Part shown: positions 27,450 through 39,400 of the stretch, piece after piece | How positions within the stretch are numbered: position 1 is the stretch's first letter | Layout: each line of letters opens with the position of its first letter | Source: Eledone cirrhosa | Lineage: Eukaryota | Reading direction: 5' to 3' | Length of the DNA stretch: 64,000 bases | Assembly: GCA_964016885.1 (NCBI GenBank) | Contig: OZ024743.1 | Coordinates: 80,104,001 to 80,168,000, forward strand | Position numbers and translations under genes: made by a program | Notes under the pieces: model-generated | Databases searched by the model: none | The model's input: only the letters and a program-made list of their open reading frames with translations | Told to the model about the DNA's origin: nothing

Positions 27450-27630
27450 TGTTTCTACTTTTGGCACAAGGCCAGCAATTATCACAGTGTATTACTGGTA
27501 CTTTATTTTATCGATCCCGTAAGGATGAAAGACAAAGTTAACCTCGGCGGGATTTGAAGTCATACCATATAGGACCATAACTCTTTGCTGTAAAGCATGG
27601 AATCAGACCCTCTACCGATACTGCCAATCC
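27450..27630 (-). mobile_element. SINE family 1, deleted form, with 12-bp TSD
   Basis: Collinear with the 26595 copy; flanked by ACATTACATAAT (27438-27449) and ACATTACGTAAT (27631-27642). Confidence 0.9.
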
Positions 27631-27889
27631 ACATTACGTAATACAAAGCGACAACACTTTGTATTTTTCAGCAGAAAAGCTCTATATTTCTGCCATGGAA
27701 TCTCTGCTTATTTCTGCACATACCTGTAATTGTATCAGCTTTCATCCAAGCTAGTTTTAGCCGGCTACAGCCAGTGAATTTGCAACATCACTTACTTTCG
27801 TGTGTTTTTTTTTTGTTTCTCCTGTAGTTCTAACTTGCAAAGAAAACCTTTCCCAGATCAATCGTAACCACACACATATATCTCTAAAT

Positions 27890-28045
27890 CAGCGGTCACC
27901 AACCGGTGGTCCGCGAGAAAATGTTGGTGCTCCGCAGAAAAATTTTAATGTATTTATCTTTTTAAAAAAATTGTTAGTAGTCGTCCACGGGATTTAAAAT
28001 TGTGAATTTAGAGGTCCGTGAGTTCCGAAAGGTTGGCGACCGCTG
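27890..28045. mobile_element. hAT-superfamily (Charlie/Buster-type) MITE, 156 bp
   Basis: 15-bp TIRs CAGCGGTCACCAACC / GGTTGGCGACCGCTG (1 mismatch); perfect 8-bp TSD CTCTAAAT (27882-27889 and 28046-28053) with central TA; subterminal GGTCCGYG-like repeats. Confidence 0.92.
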
Positions 28046-28058
28046 CTCTAAATGTTTC

Positions 28059-28270
28059 GGATTAACAGTATAGATAGAGCGTCGGACACCATGCTTCGGG
28101 GCATAAGTTTCGACCCTTTACGTTTTGAGTTCAAATCCCACCGAGGTTAGCTTCGCCTTTCATCCTTACGGGGTCGATAAATAAAGTACCTGTAATGCAC
28201 TGGGCTCGATTTAATCGACTTTCCTCTCCCCTTCAACTTGCTGGCCTTGTGCTTAAAGTAGAAATAATTA
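28059..28270 (+). mobile_element. SINE family 1, near full length, undeleted form
   Basis: GAGTTCAAATCCC B box, core GCCTTTCATCCTTACGGGGTCGATAAATAAAGTACC, retains CTCGATTTAATCGACTTTCCTCTCCCC, ends GTAGAAATAATTAT. Confidence 0.9.
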
Positions 28271-28305
28271 TCGCCATGCTTTGCAGCAGAGAGTTTACAG
28301 CAGCT

Positions 28306-28445
28306 GAAGTTAACTTTGCCTTTCATCCATACGGGGTCGATAAAATAAGGTACCCGTAACGTACTGGGTTGATTTAATCGACGTTCCCCTAACCCCAAAT
28401 TACTGGCCTTGTGCCTTTACTAGAAACCATTATTATTATTATTAT
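28306..28445 (+). mobile_element. SINE family 1, 5'-truncated, with (TTA)n tail
   Basis: Core plus 3' end TGGCCTTGTGCCTTTACTAGAAACC, followed by ATTATTATTATTATTAT. Confidence 0.88.
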
Positions 28446-28627
28446 GTGGATTGGCGGACTAGTTACAACGTCGGACAAGTGCTTTGCGGTATTACTAAAA
28501 GCTTTGTATGTCCCAGCGAGGTCAACTTGGCCGTACAACTTTCTAAATTCAATAAAGTACCAGTTAAACACTGACATTGACTCACAGGAATATCCCCTCT
28601 CCTTAAATTGGTGGCCTTATGTCATGA
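28446..28627 (+). mobile_element. SINE family 1, old degraded copy
   Basis: GTGGATTGGCGGA...CGTCGGACAAGTGCTTTGCGGTA...GAGGTCAACTT...AAAGTACCAG...TGGCCTTATGTC, in the same order as the younger copies. Confidence 0.7.
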
Positions 28628-29020
28628 GAGATAGAGAAAGAGTAAGGGGAAGGAGAGAGAGAGAGAGAGAGAGAGAGTAGTCAAATTACTCACCATCAAA
28701 ACCAAACATCACTAAATATAAACTCTTCTTTTCCAGTTCTTTCGTTCTTATTTTAAGAAACTAAAGCTTGATAAATGTCTTTCGAAATATTTTCATTTTA
28801 TTTTCGAATCATTTTAAGTTGGAAGTGAATTAAATTTCATATTTTTTTTTGTATTTTCATTTAATGTTTGTAGCAAAAAAACTGTTTGTTTTACTCTCCT
28901 TAAATTCTTGGCTCGTTCCCGTTTCTAACCTCATTCTACCCAGTTATCTGTTAACTCACTTAGTTGCTCCCTTAAAATAGTGGCGGTCTTCATTTTTGTT
29001 TTAGTCATCGTCTAAGTTTT

Positions 29021-29290
29021 AAGGACATATCAATCTTTTACTTGTTTACGTCATTAAAATGTGTCGATGCTGGGGCACCACCTTAAAGGCATAATCATTT
29101 ACTTGTATACGCCATTAAACTATGGCCATGCTGGGGCACCACATTAAGGACATATCAATCTTTTACTTGTTTACGTCATTGAACTGTGGCCAAGCTGGGG
29201 CACCACCTTATAGCTAATTAGTGGATCCCATCTACCCCATCCTAGTACCTACATTATTAATCTCTTTGTCGAAAATCTATCACGCGGACT
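29021..29290 (-). mobile_element. SINE family 3 remnant whose terminal ~62 bp is triplicated in tandem (29021-29210)
   Basis: Three copies of TTTACTTGTTTACGTCATT...GGCCATGCTGGGGCACCACCTT (GGGGCACCA at 29072, 29133 and 29197); the third copy continues into a degraded body. The family assignment is from recognition of a common octopus repeat. Confidence 0.65.
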
Positions 29291-29495
29291 TTCCCAGAAA
29301 ATTAGGTAAATTTCTGAGAAAGATTCAAACACTGAGTTTGTAATACAAATGGAATTATTAGAATTAGAAGCCAAATTTCTCTTATATTAAGTTCTAGCAT
29401 CTTTAAAAGGTCACATTAGATAATGTGGTCACGGTTGGAAGATAATTGTCCATAGGACATCTCTATGAAGCTGATTTTACCAGAATTTGACCTAG

Positions 29496-29921
29496 ACCCG
29501 AATTTGAACTCAGAACCTCAGGCCTCAGAACGTACAGGGACATAACAATACACTATTATGACTTTCTATTAATTCAGCTATTTACTACCATTGTCGGTAT
29601 ATGAAATAATAGTTTTGAAGATATACACTTCTATTTGGAGGGGGATTACAGTCAAATACATCAACCACAGCAATTGGTTGGTACTTTATTTATCGATACC
29701 ATTACGACGAAAACCAAATTTTGCTCGATAGGTTATTAACTCAGAGAGTAAACGGCCATAACTAATGCAGTCGGGTGCTCTAACAAATATGTGAATCCAC
29801 CCCTCTGGACTTTTACTGTTTTTGTCCACCTAGAAGGAATGAAAGGTAAAGTCGAACCCAGAACGTAAATACCCGTAACTAAATACTGTAAAGCATTTTG
29901 TCCGACGCTCTACCGAATTGC
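29496..29921 (-). mobile_element. Cluster of three degraded SINE family 1 fragments
   Basis: GAATTTGAACTCAGAAC near 29500; GGTACTTTATTTATCGATACC near 29680; GAATGAAAGGTAAAGTCGAACCCAGAACGTAAATACCCGTAACTAAATACTGTAAAGCATTTTGTCCGACGCTCTACCG at 29837-29915. Confidence 0.75.
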
Positions 29922-30145
29922 TAATAATGTCTGAAGTTAATAATGTCTATAGCTAATAATGTTTGCAGTCAATAATGTATGTAGTTAATAATGTATGTAG
30001 TCAATCATGTCTGTAGTTAATAATGTCTGTAGTCAATAATGTCCGTAATAATGTCTGTAGATAATAATGTCTGTAGTTAATAATGTCTGTAGTTAATAAT
30101 GTCTGTAGTCAATAATATCTGTAGTTAATAATGTCTGTAATTAAT

Positions 30146-30239
30146 AATTGTTTCTACCTTTGGCACAAGGCCAGCAATTACCCAGTACATTACTGGTACT
30201 TTATTTTATCGACCCCGCAAGGATGAAAGGCAAAGTCAA
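30146..30239 (-). mobile_element. SINE family 1, 3' half (deleted form)
   Basis: AATTGTTTCTACC...GGATGAAAGGCAAAGTCAA, fused to the minisatellite at the shared AGTCAA. Confidence 0.9.
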
Positions 30240-30998
30240 TAATGTCTGAAGTTAATAATGTCTGTAGTTAATAATGTATGTAATAATGTCTGTAGTTAAT
30301 AATGTCTGTAATAATGGCTGTGGTTAATAATGTCTGTAGTCCATAATGTCTGTAGTCAATAATGTCTGTAGTTAATAATGTCTGTAGTTAATAATGTCTG
30401 TAGTTAATAATGTCAGAAGTTAAAAATGTCTGAAGTTAATGTCTGTAATAATCACTGTAGTCAATAATGTCTGTAGTTAATAATGTCTGAAGATAATAAT
30501 GTCTGTCATAATGTCTGAAGTTAATAATGTCTGTAGTCAATAATGTCTGTCATAATGTCTGAAGTTAATAATGTCTGTAGTCAATAATGTCTGTAATAAT
30601 GTCTGTAGTTAATAATGTCTGTAGTCAATAATATCTGTAGTTAATAATCTCTGTAGTCAATAATGTCTGTAGTTAATAATGTCTGTAGTCAATAATGTCT
30701 GTAGTTAATAATGTCTGTTGTCAATTATGTCTGTAATAATGTCTTTAGTTAATAATGTCTGTAGTTAATAAGGTCTGTAGTAAATAATGTCTGTAATAAT
30801 GTCTGTAGTCAATAATGTCTGTTGTCAATAATGTCTGTAGTTAATAATGTCTGTAGCTAATAATGTCTGTAGTCAATAATGTCTGTAGTTAATAAGGCCT
30901 GTAGTAAATAATGTCTGTAATAATGTCTGTAGTCAATAATGTCTGTTGTCAATAATGTCTGTAGTTAATAATGTCTGTAGTTAATAATGTCTGTAATA

Positions 30999-31143
30999 AT
31001 TACTGGTACTTTAATTTATCGAACCCGTAAGGATGAAATGCAAAATGAACCTCGGCGGGATTTGAACTCAGACTGTAAATGGACGTAACTATGCTAGAAA
31101 GCATGGTGCCCAACCCTCTACCGATACTGCCAATTCACCGCTC
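30999..31143 (-). mobile_element. SINE family 1, head and core, lacking the 3' end
   Basis: ATTACTGGTACTT...GGATTTGAACTCAG...CCGATACTGCCAATTCACCGCTC. Confidence 0.9.
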
Positions 31144-31357
31144 TCGTCTGTAATAATGTCTGTAGATAATAATGTCTGTAGTTAATAATGTCTGTAATCA
31201 ATAATGTTAGTAATAATGTCTGTAGTCAATAATGTCTGTAGTTAATAATGTCTGTAATAATGTCTGTAATAATGTCTGTAGTCAATAATGTCTGTAGTTA
31301 ATAATGTCTGTAATAATGTCTGTAATAATGTCTCTAGTTAATAATGTCTGTAGTTAA

Positions 31358-31547
31358 TAATTGTTTCTACATTTGGCACAAGGCCAGCAAATACCCCGTG
31401 CATTACTGATACTTTATTTTATCGACCCCGGAAGGATGAAAAGCAAAGTTAACCTCGGCGGGATTTTAACTCAGATCATACAGGGAGGTAACTCTATGCT
31501 TTAAAGCATGGGGTCCGACCCTCTACTGATACTGCCAATCCAGCGCT
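31358..31547 (-). mobile_element. SINE family 1 (deleted form)
   Basis: Collinear with the 26595 copy over its full length. Confidence 0.9.
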
Positions 31548-32007
31548 GTAGTCAATAATGTCTGTAATAATGTCTGTAGTTAATAATGTCTGTAATAATG
31601 TCTGTAGTTAATAATGTATGTAGTCAATAATGTCTGTAGTTAATAATTTATGTAGTTAATAATGTCTGTAATAATGTCTGTAGTTAATAATGCCTGTAGT
31701 TAATAATATCTGTAGTTAATAATGTCTGTAGTTGATAATGTCTGTAGTTAATAATGGCTGTAGTCAATAATGTCTGTAATAATCTCTGTAGTTAATAATG
31801 TCTGTAGTTAATAATGTATGTGGTCAATAATGTCTGTAATAATGTCTGTAATAATGTAAGTAGTTAATAATGTCTGTAGTTAATAATGTCTGTAGTTAAT
31901 AATATCTGTAGTCAATAATGTCTGTAGTCAATAATGTCTGTAATAATGTCTGTAGTTAATAATGTATGTAGTCAATAATGTCTGTAGTCAAAAATGTCTA
32001 TAGTTAA

Positions 32008-32200
32008 TAATTGTTTCTACCTATGGCAAAATGCCTGCAATTTTCCCAGTGTATTACTGGTACTTTATTTTATCGACCTCATAAGGACGAATGGCAAAGT
32101 TAACCTCGGCGGGATTTGAACTCAGACAATAAAGGGCCGTAACCTTTTGCTTGCAAAGCATGGCGTCTCACCCTCTACCGATACAGACAATCCACCGCTC
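32008..32200 (-). mobile_element. SINE family 1 (deleted form)
   Basis: Collinear with the 26595 copy, more diverged. Confidence 0.9.
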
Positions 32201-32249
32201 TGTAATAATGTCTGTAATAATGTCTCTAGTTAATAATGTCTATAGTTAA

Positions 32250-32433
32250 TAATTGTTTCTACTTTAGGCACAAGGCCAGCAATTACCCAGTGCATTACTG
32301 GTACTTTATTTTATCGACCACGTAAGGATGAAAGGCAAAGTTAACCTCGGTGGGATTTGAACTTAGATCGTAAAGGGACGTAACTATGCTGCAAAGCATG
32401 GCGTGCGACCCTCTACCGATACTGCCAATCCAC
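32250..32433 (-). mobile_element. SINE family 1 (deleted form)
   Basis: Very close to the 26595 copy. Confidence 0.9.
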
Positions 32434-33058
32434 AGTTAATAATGTCTGTAGTTAATAATGTCTCTAGTCAATAATGTATGTAGTTAACAATGTCTGTAGT
32501 TAATAATATCTGTTGTCAATAATGTCTGTAGTAATAATGTCTGCAGTTAATAATGTCTGTAATAATGTCTGTAATAACGTCTGTAATTAATAATGTCTGT
32601 AATTAATAATGTCTGTAGTTAACAATGTCTGTAGTTAATAATGTCTGTTGTTACTACGTTAACAATGTATGTAGTTAATAATGTCTGTTGTTACTACGTT
32701 AACAATGTATGTAGTTAATAATGTCTGTTGTTACTACGTTAACAATGTCTGTAGTCAATAATGTCTGTTGTTACTACGTTAATAATGTCTGATGTTACTA
32801 CGTTAACAATGTCTGTAGTCAATAATGTCTGTTGTTACTACGTTAACAATATCTGTAGTTGCTGGTGACAGTAATATTGTGGTTATTGTAGTTTCTACTC
32901 TTATCAGTCGTTATAGTTCTAACATCAACGCATATTGTATGTCCCCTGAAAGTCCCCAGCATCAGTTGTTGAAGCCTTAATACCTTCTAATGGTTTAGCA
33001 GATAATATCTAGAAACATCTTACTACCTCAAATATTGAAACTATTTTTATTTGTGTAG

Positions 33059-33127
33059 AGATCCTGATGAAAGTTTGTAGCATTCTAATGGAACAAATTG
33101 TTAATGTGATGACACTGACTTGTGAAG
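33059..33127 (+). CDS. Candidate 69-bp internal exon, phase 1-1: (E)ILMKVCSILMEQIVNVMTLTCE
   Basis: Acceptor CTATTTTTATTTGTGTAG, one open frame, donor AAG|GTAGTG; no homology recognised. Confidence 0.2.
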
Positions 33128-33149
33128 GTAGTGTTGTAGAGGACATGAA

Positions 33150-33295
33150 AGCGGCTGAGTATTCCACAGACACGTGTACCCTTAATGTAATTCTCCGAAT
33201 GATTCAGTGTGCCAAGGCTAACATTTGAAGTACAAGTAGAGTATATCAAATTGGTGACCTCGTGACTACAAAAGTAGTTATTTAACTATTCAGAG
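33150..33295 (-). mobile_element. Degraded SINE family 2
   Basis: GGCTGAGTATTCCACAGACACGTGTACCCTTAATGTAATTCTCC...GATTCAGTGTG..AAGGCT, shared with the 24500 and 50970 copies. Confidence 0.7.
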
Positions 33296-33324
33296 AAGCT
33301 GCGTCCAGTTTCTTATAAATACAC

Positions 33325-33450
33325 AAAGTCAGACATTTGATGAAGACGGGTTGGTTAATTAAACCAACTGAGGTATTTGACAGTTACCTTCTCTTATCCA
33401 CCCCGGAAAGAAGAAAAGTTAGATCGACTCACGCAGGATATGGACTTCTG
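33325..33450 (-). mobile_element. Degraded SINE family 1 (3' part, core and B box) running directly into satellite B
   Basis: 33394-33456 aligns to the 26595 copy at 43/63 positions by hand (TTATCCACCCCGGAAAGAAGAAAAG...GGATATGGACTTCTGAACGTA vs TTATCGACCCCGTAAGGATGAAAGG...GGATTTGAACTCAGATCGTA). Confidence 0.75.
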
Positions 33451-36400
33451 AACGTATCCAGGTGTAACTAAGTATCACCAGGTCTGGTACCAACCTCCAC
33501 ATCTACCAACGTAACCAGGTGTAACTAAGTATCACCAGGTCTGGTACCATCCTCCACATCTACCAACGTAACCAAGTGTAACTAAGTATCACCAGGTCTG
33601 GTACCATCCTCCACATCTACCAACGTAACCAGGTGTAACTAAGTATCACCAAGTCTGGTACCATCCTCCACATCTACCAACGTAACCAGGTGTAACTAAG
33701 TATCACCAGATCTGGTACCATCCTCCACATCTACCAGCGTAACCAGGTGTAACTAAGTATCACCAGGTCTGGTACCAACCTCCACATCTACCAACGTAAC
33801 CAAGTGTAACTAAGTATCACCAGGTCTGGGACACACCTCCACATCTACCAACGTAACCAGGTGTAACTAAGTATCACCAGGTCTGGGACACACCTCCACA
33901 TCTACCAACGTAACCAGGTGTAACTAAGTATCACCAGGTCTGGTACCATTCTCCACATCTACCAACGTAACCAAGTGTAACTAAGTATCACCAGGTCTGG
34001 TACCATCCTCCACATCTACCAACGTAACCAAGTGTAACTAAGTATCACCAGGTCTGGTACCAACCTCCACATCTACCAACGTAACCAGGTGTAACTAAGT
34101 ATCACCAAGTCTGGTACCATCCTCCACATCTACCAACGTAACCAGGTGTAACTAAGTATCACCAGATCTGGTACCATCCTCCACATCTACCAGCGTAACC
34201 AGGTGTAACTAAGTATCACCAGGTCTGGTACCAACCTCCACATCTACCAACGTAACCAAGTGTAACTAAGTATCACCAGGTCTGGGACACACCTCCACAT
34301 CTACCAACGTAACCAGGTGTAACTAAGTATCACCAAGTCTGGTACCATCCTCCACATCTACCAACGTAACCAGGTGTAACTAAGTATCACCAGGTCTGGT
34401 ACCAACCTCCACATCTACCAACGTAACCAGGTGTAACTAAGTATCACCAGGTCTGGTACCATCCTCCACATATTCCAACGTAACCAGGTGTAACTAAGTA
34501 TCACCAGGTCTGGTACCATCCTCCACATCTACCAACGTAACCAGGTGTAACTAAGTATCACCAGGTCTGGTACCAACCTCCACATCTACCAACGTAACCA
34601 GGTGTAACTAAGTATCACCAGGTCTGGTACCATCCTCCACATCTACCAACATAACCAGGTGTAACTAAGTATCACCAGGTCTGGTACCATCCTCCACATC
34701 TACCAACGTATCCAGGTGTAACTAAGTATCACCAGGTCTGGTACCATCCTCCACATCTACCAACGTAACCAAGTGTAACTAAGTATCACCAAGTCTGGTA
34801 CCATCCTCCACATCTACCAACGTAACCAGGTGTAACTAAGTATCACCAGGTCTGGGACACACCTCCACATCTACCAACGTAACCAGGTGTAACTAAGTAT
34901 CGCCAGGTCTGGTACCATCCTCCACATCTACCAACGTAACCAGGTGTAACTAAGTATCACCAGGTCTGGTACCATCCTCTACATCTACCAACGTAACCAA
35001 GTGTAACTAAGTATCACCAGGTCTGGTACCATCCTCTACATCTACCAACGTAACCAAGTGTAACTAAGTATCACCAGGTCTGGTACCATCCTCCACATCT
35101 ACCAACGTAACCAGGTGTAACTAAGTATCACCAAGTCTGGTACCATCCTCCACATCTACCAACGTAACCAGGTGTAACTAAGTATCACCAGATCTGGTAC
35201 CATCCTCCACATCTACCAGCGTAACCAGGTGTAACTAAGTATCACCAGGTCTGGTACCAACCTCCACATCTACCAACGTAACCAAGTGTAACAAAGTATC
35301 ACCAGGTCTGGGACACACCTCCACATCTACCAACGTAACCAGGTGTAACTAAGTATCACCAAGTCTAGAACCATCCTCCACATCTACCAACGTAACCAAG
35401 TGTAACTAAGTATCACCAGGTCTGGTACCAATCTCCACATCTACCAACGTAACCAGGTGTAACTAAGTATCACCAGGTCTGGTACCATCCTCCACATCTA
35501 CCAACGTAACCAGGTGTAACTAAGTATCACCAGGTCTGGTACCATCCTCCACATATTCCAACGTAACCAGGTGTAACTAAGTATCACCAGGTCTGGTACC
35601 ATCCTCCACATCTACCAACGTAACCAGGTGTAACTAAGTATCACCAGGTCTGGTACCAACCTCCACATCTACCAACGTAACCAGGTGTAACTAAGTATCA
35701 CCAGGTCTGGTACCATCCTCCACATCTACCAACATAACCAGGTGTAACTAAGTATCACCAGGTCTGGTACCATCCTCCACATCTACCAACGTATCCAGGT
35801 GTAACTAAGTATCACCAGGTCTGGTACCATCCTCCACATCTACCAACGTAACCAAGTGTAACTAAGTATCACCAGGTCTGGTACCATCCTCCACATCTAC
35901 CAACGTAACCAGGTGTAACTAAGTATCACCAGGTCTGGGACACACCTCTACATCTACCAACGTAACCAGGTGTAACTAAGTATCACCAGGTCTGGTACCA
36001 TCCTCCACATCTACCAACGTAACCAGGTGTAACTAAGTATCACAAGTTCTGGGACACACCTCCACATCTACCAACGTAACCAGGTGTAACTAAGTATCAC
36101 CAGGTCTGGTACCATCCTCCACATCTACCAACGTAACCAGGTGTAACTAAGTATCACCAGGTCTGGTACCAACCTCCACATCTATCAACGTAACCAGGTG
36201 TAACTAAGTATCACCAGGTCTGGTACCATCCTCCACATCTACCAACGTAACCAGGTGTAACTAAGTATCACCAGGTCTGGTACCAACCTCCACATCTACC
36301 AACGTAACCAGGTGTAACTAAGTATCACCAGGTCTGGTACCAACCTCCACATCTACCAACGTAACCAGGTGTAACTAAGTATCACCAGGTCCGGTACCAT

Positions 36401-39400
36401 CCTCCACATCTACCAGCGTAACCAGGTGTAACTAAGTATCACCAGGTCTGGTACCATCCTCCACATCTACCAACGTAACCAGGTGTAACTAAGTATCACC
36501 AGGTCTGGTACCATCCTCCACATCTACCAACGTAACCAGGTGTAACTAAGTATTACCAGGTCTGGTACCAACCTCCACATATTCCAACGTAACCAGGTGT
36601 AACTAAGTATCACCAGGTCTGGTACCAACCTCCACATCTACCAACGTAACCAGGTGTAACTAAGTATCACCAGGTCTGGTACCATCCTCCACATCTACCA
36701 ACGTATCCAGGTGTAACTAAGTATCACCAGGTCTGGTACCATCCTCCACATCTACCAACGTAACCAAGTGTAACTAAGTATCACCAAGTCTGGTACCATC
36801 CTCCACATCTACCAACGTAACCAGGTGTAACTAAGTATCACCAGGTCTGGGACACACCTCCACATCTACCAACGTAACCAGGTGTAACTAAGTATCGCCA
36901 GGTCTGGTACCATCCTCCACATCTACCAACGTAACCAGGTGTAACTAAGTATCACCAGGTCTGGTACCATCCTCTACATCTACCAACGTAACCAAGTGTA
37001 ACTAAGTATCACCAGGTCTGGTACCATCCTCTACATCTACCAACGTAACCAAGTGTAACTAAGTATCACCAGGTCTGGTACCATCCTCCACATCTACCAA
37101 CGTAACCAGGTGTAACTAAGTATCACCAAGTCTGGTACCATCCTCCACATCTACCAACGTAACCAGGTGTAACTAAGTATCACCAGATCTGGTACCATCC
37201 TCCACATCTACCAGCGTAACCAGGTGTAACTAAGTATCACCAGGTCTGGTACCAACCTCCACATCTACCAACGTAACCAAGTGTAACAAAGTATCACCAG
37301 GTCTGGGACACACCTCCACATCTACCAACGTAACCAGGTGTAACTAAGTATCACCAAGTCTAGAACCATCCTCCACATCTACCAACGTAACCAGGTGTAA
37401 CTAAGTATCACCAGGTCTGGTACCAACCTCCACATCTACCAACGTAACCAGGTGTAACTAAGTATCACCAGGTCTGGTACCATCCTCCACATCTACCAAC
37501 GTAACCAGGTGTAACTAAGTATCACCAGGTCTGGTACCATCCTCCACATATTCCAACGTAACCAGGTGTAACTAAGTATCACCAGGTCTGGTACCATCCT
37601 CCACATCTACCAACGTAACCAGGTGTAACTAAGTATCACCAGGTCTGGTACCAACCTCCACATCTACCAACGTAACCAGGTGTAACTAAGTATCACCAGG
37701 TCTGGTACCATCCTCCACATCTACCAACATAACCAGGTGTAACTAAGTATCACCAGGTCTGGTACCATCCTCCACATCTACCAACGTATCCAGGTGTAAC
37801 TAAGTATCACCAGGTCTGGTACCATCCTCCACATCTACCAACGTAACCAAGTGTAACTAAGTATCACCAGGTCTGGTACCATCCTCCACATCTACCAACG
37901 TAACCAGGTGTAACTAAGTATCACCAGGTCTGGGACACACCTCTACATCTACCAACGTAACCAGGTGTAACTAAGTATCACCAGGTCTGGTACCATCCTC
38001 CACATCTACCAACGTAACCAGGTGTAACTAAGTATCACAAGTTCTGGGACACACCTCCACATCTACCAACGTAACCAGGTGTAACTAAGTATCACCAGGT
38101 CTGGTACCATCCTCCACATCTACCAACGTAACCAGGTGTAACTAAGTATCACCAGGTCTGGTACCAACCTCCACATCTATCAACGTAACCAGGTGTAACT
38201 AAGTATCACCAGGTCTGGTACCATCCTCCACATCTACCAACGTAACCAGGTGTAACTAAGTATCACCAGGTCTGGTACCAACCTCCACATCTACCAACGT
38301 AACCAGGTGTAACTAAGTATCACCAGGTCTGGTACCAACCTCCACATCTACCAACGTAACCAGGTGTAACTAAGTATCACCAGGTCCGGTACCATCCTCC
38401 ACATCTACCAGCGTAACCAGGTGTAACTAAGTATCACCAGGTCTGGTACCATCCTCCACATCTACCAACGTAACCAGGTGTAACTAAGTATCACCAGGTC
38501 TGGTACCATCCTCCACATCTACCAACGTAACCAGGTGTAACTAAGTATTACCAGGTCTGGTACCAACCTCCACATATTCCAACGTAACCAGGTGTAACTA
38601 AGTATCACCAGGTCTGGTACCAACCTCCACATCTACCAACGTAACCAGGTGTAACTAAGTATCACCAGGTCTGGTACCATCCTCCACATCTACCAACGTA
38701 ACCAAGTGTAACTAAGTATCACCAGGTCTGGTACCATCCTCCACATCTACCAACGTAACCAAGTGTAACTAAGTATCACCAAGTCTGGTACCATCCTCCA
38801 CATCTACCAACGTAACCAGGTGTAACTAAGTATCGCCAGGTCTGGGACACACCTCCACATCTACCAACGTAACCAGGTGTAACTAAGTATCACCAGGTCT
38901 GGTACCATCCTCCACATCTACCAACGTAACCAGGTGTAACTAAGTATCACCAGGTCTGGTACCAACCTCCACATCTACCAACGTAACCAGGTGTAACTAA
39001 GTATCACCAAGTCTGGTACCATCCTCCACATCTACCAACGTAACCAGGTGTAACTAAGTATCACCAGGTCTGGTACCATCCTCCACATCTACCAACGTAA
39101 CCAGATGTAACTAAGTATCACCAGGTCTGGTACCAACCTCCACATCTACCAACGTAACCAGGTGTAACTAAGTATCACCAAGTCTGGTACCATCCTCCAC
39201 ATCTACCAACGTAACCAGGTGTAACTAAGTATCACCAGGTCTGGTACCAACCTCCACATCTACCAACGTAACCAGGTGTAACTAAGTATCACCAGGTCTG
39301 GTACCATCCTCCACATATTCCAACGTAACCAGGTGTAACTAAGTATCACCAGGTCTGGTACCATCCTCCACATCTACCAACGTAACCAGGTGTAACTAAG

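Larger units (their letters stand above)
29922..32860. repeat. Minisatellite of 16/12-bp units (AATAATGTCTGT[AGTY]), interrupted by five SINE pieces
   Basis: Read directly from the sequence; from about 32640 it switches to a ~40-bp derived unit containing TGTTGTTACTACGTTAAC. Confidence 0.95.

Noticed and set aside
27800-28680. ORFs 27800-27997, 28147-28398, 28389-28577 and 28411-28680
   Set aside because: They lie over the MITE and SINE copies.
29922-32860. Shared 4-bp length dimorphism with satellite A (16/12 vs 50/46) as a common mechanism
   Set aside because: Each is explained by independent slippage at short internal direct repeats.
33064-33105. CTGATGA as a hammerhead core
   Set aside because: No stem II and no correctly placed GAAA...UH downstream.
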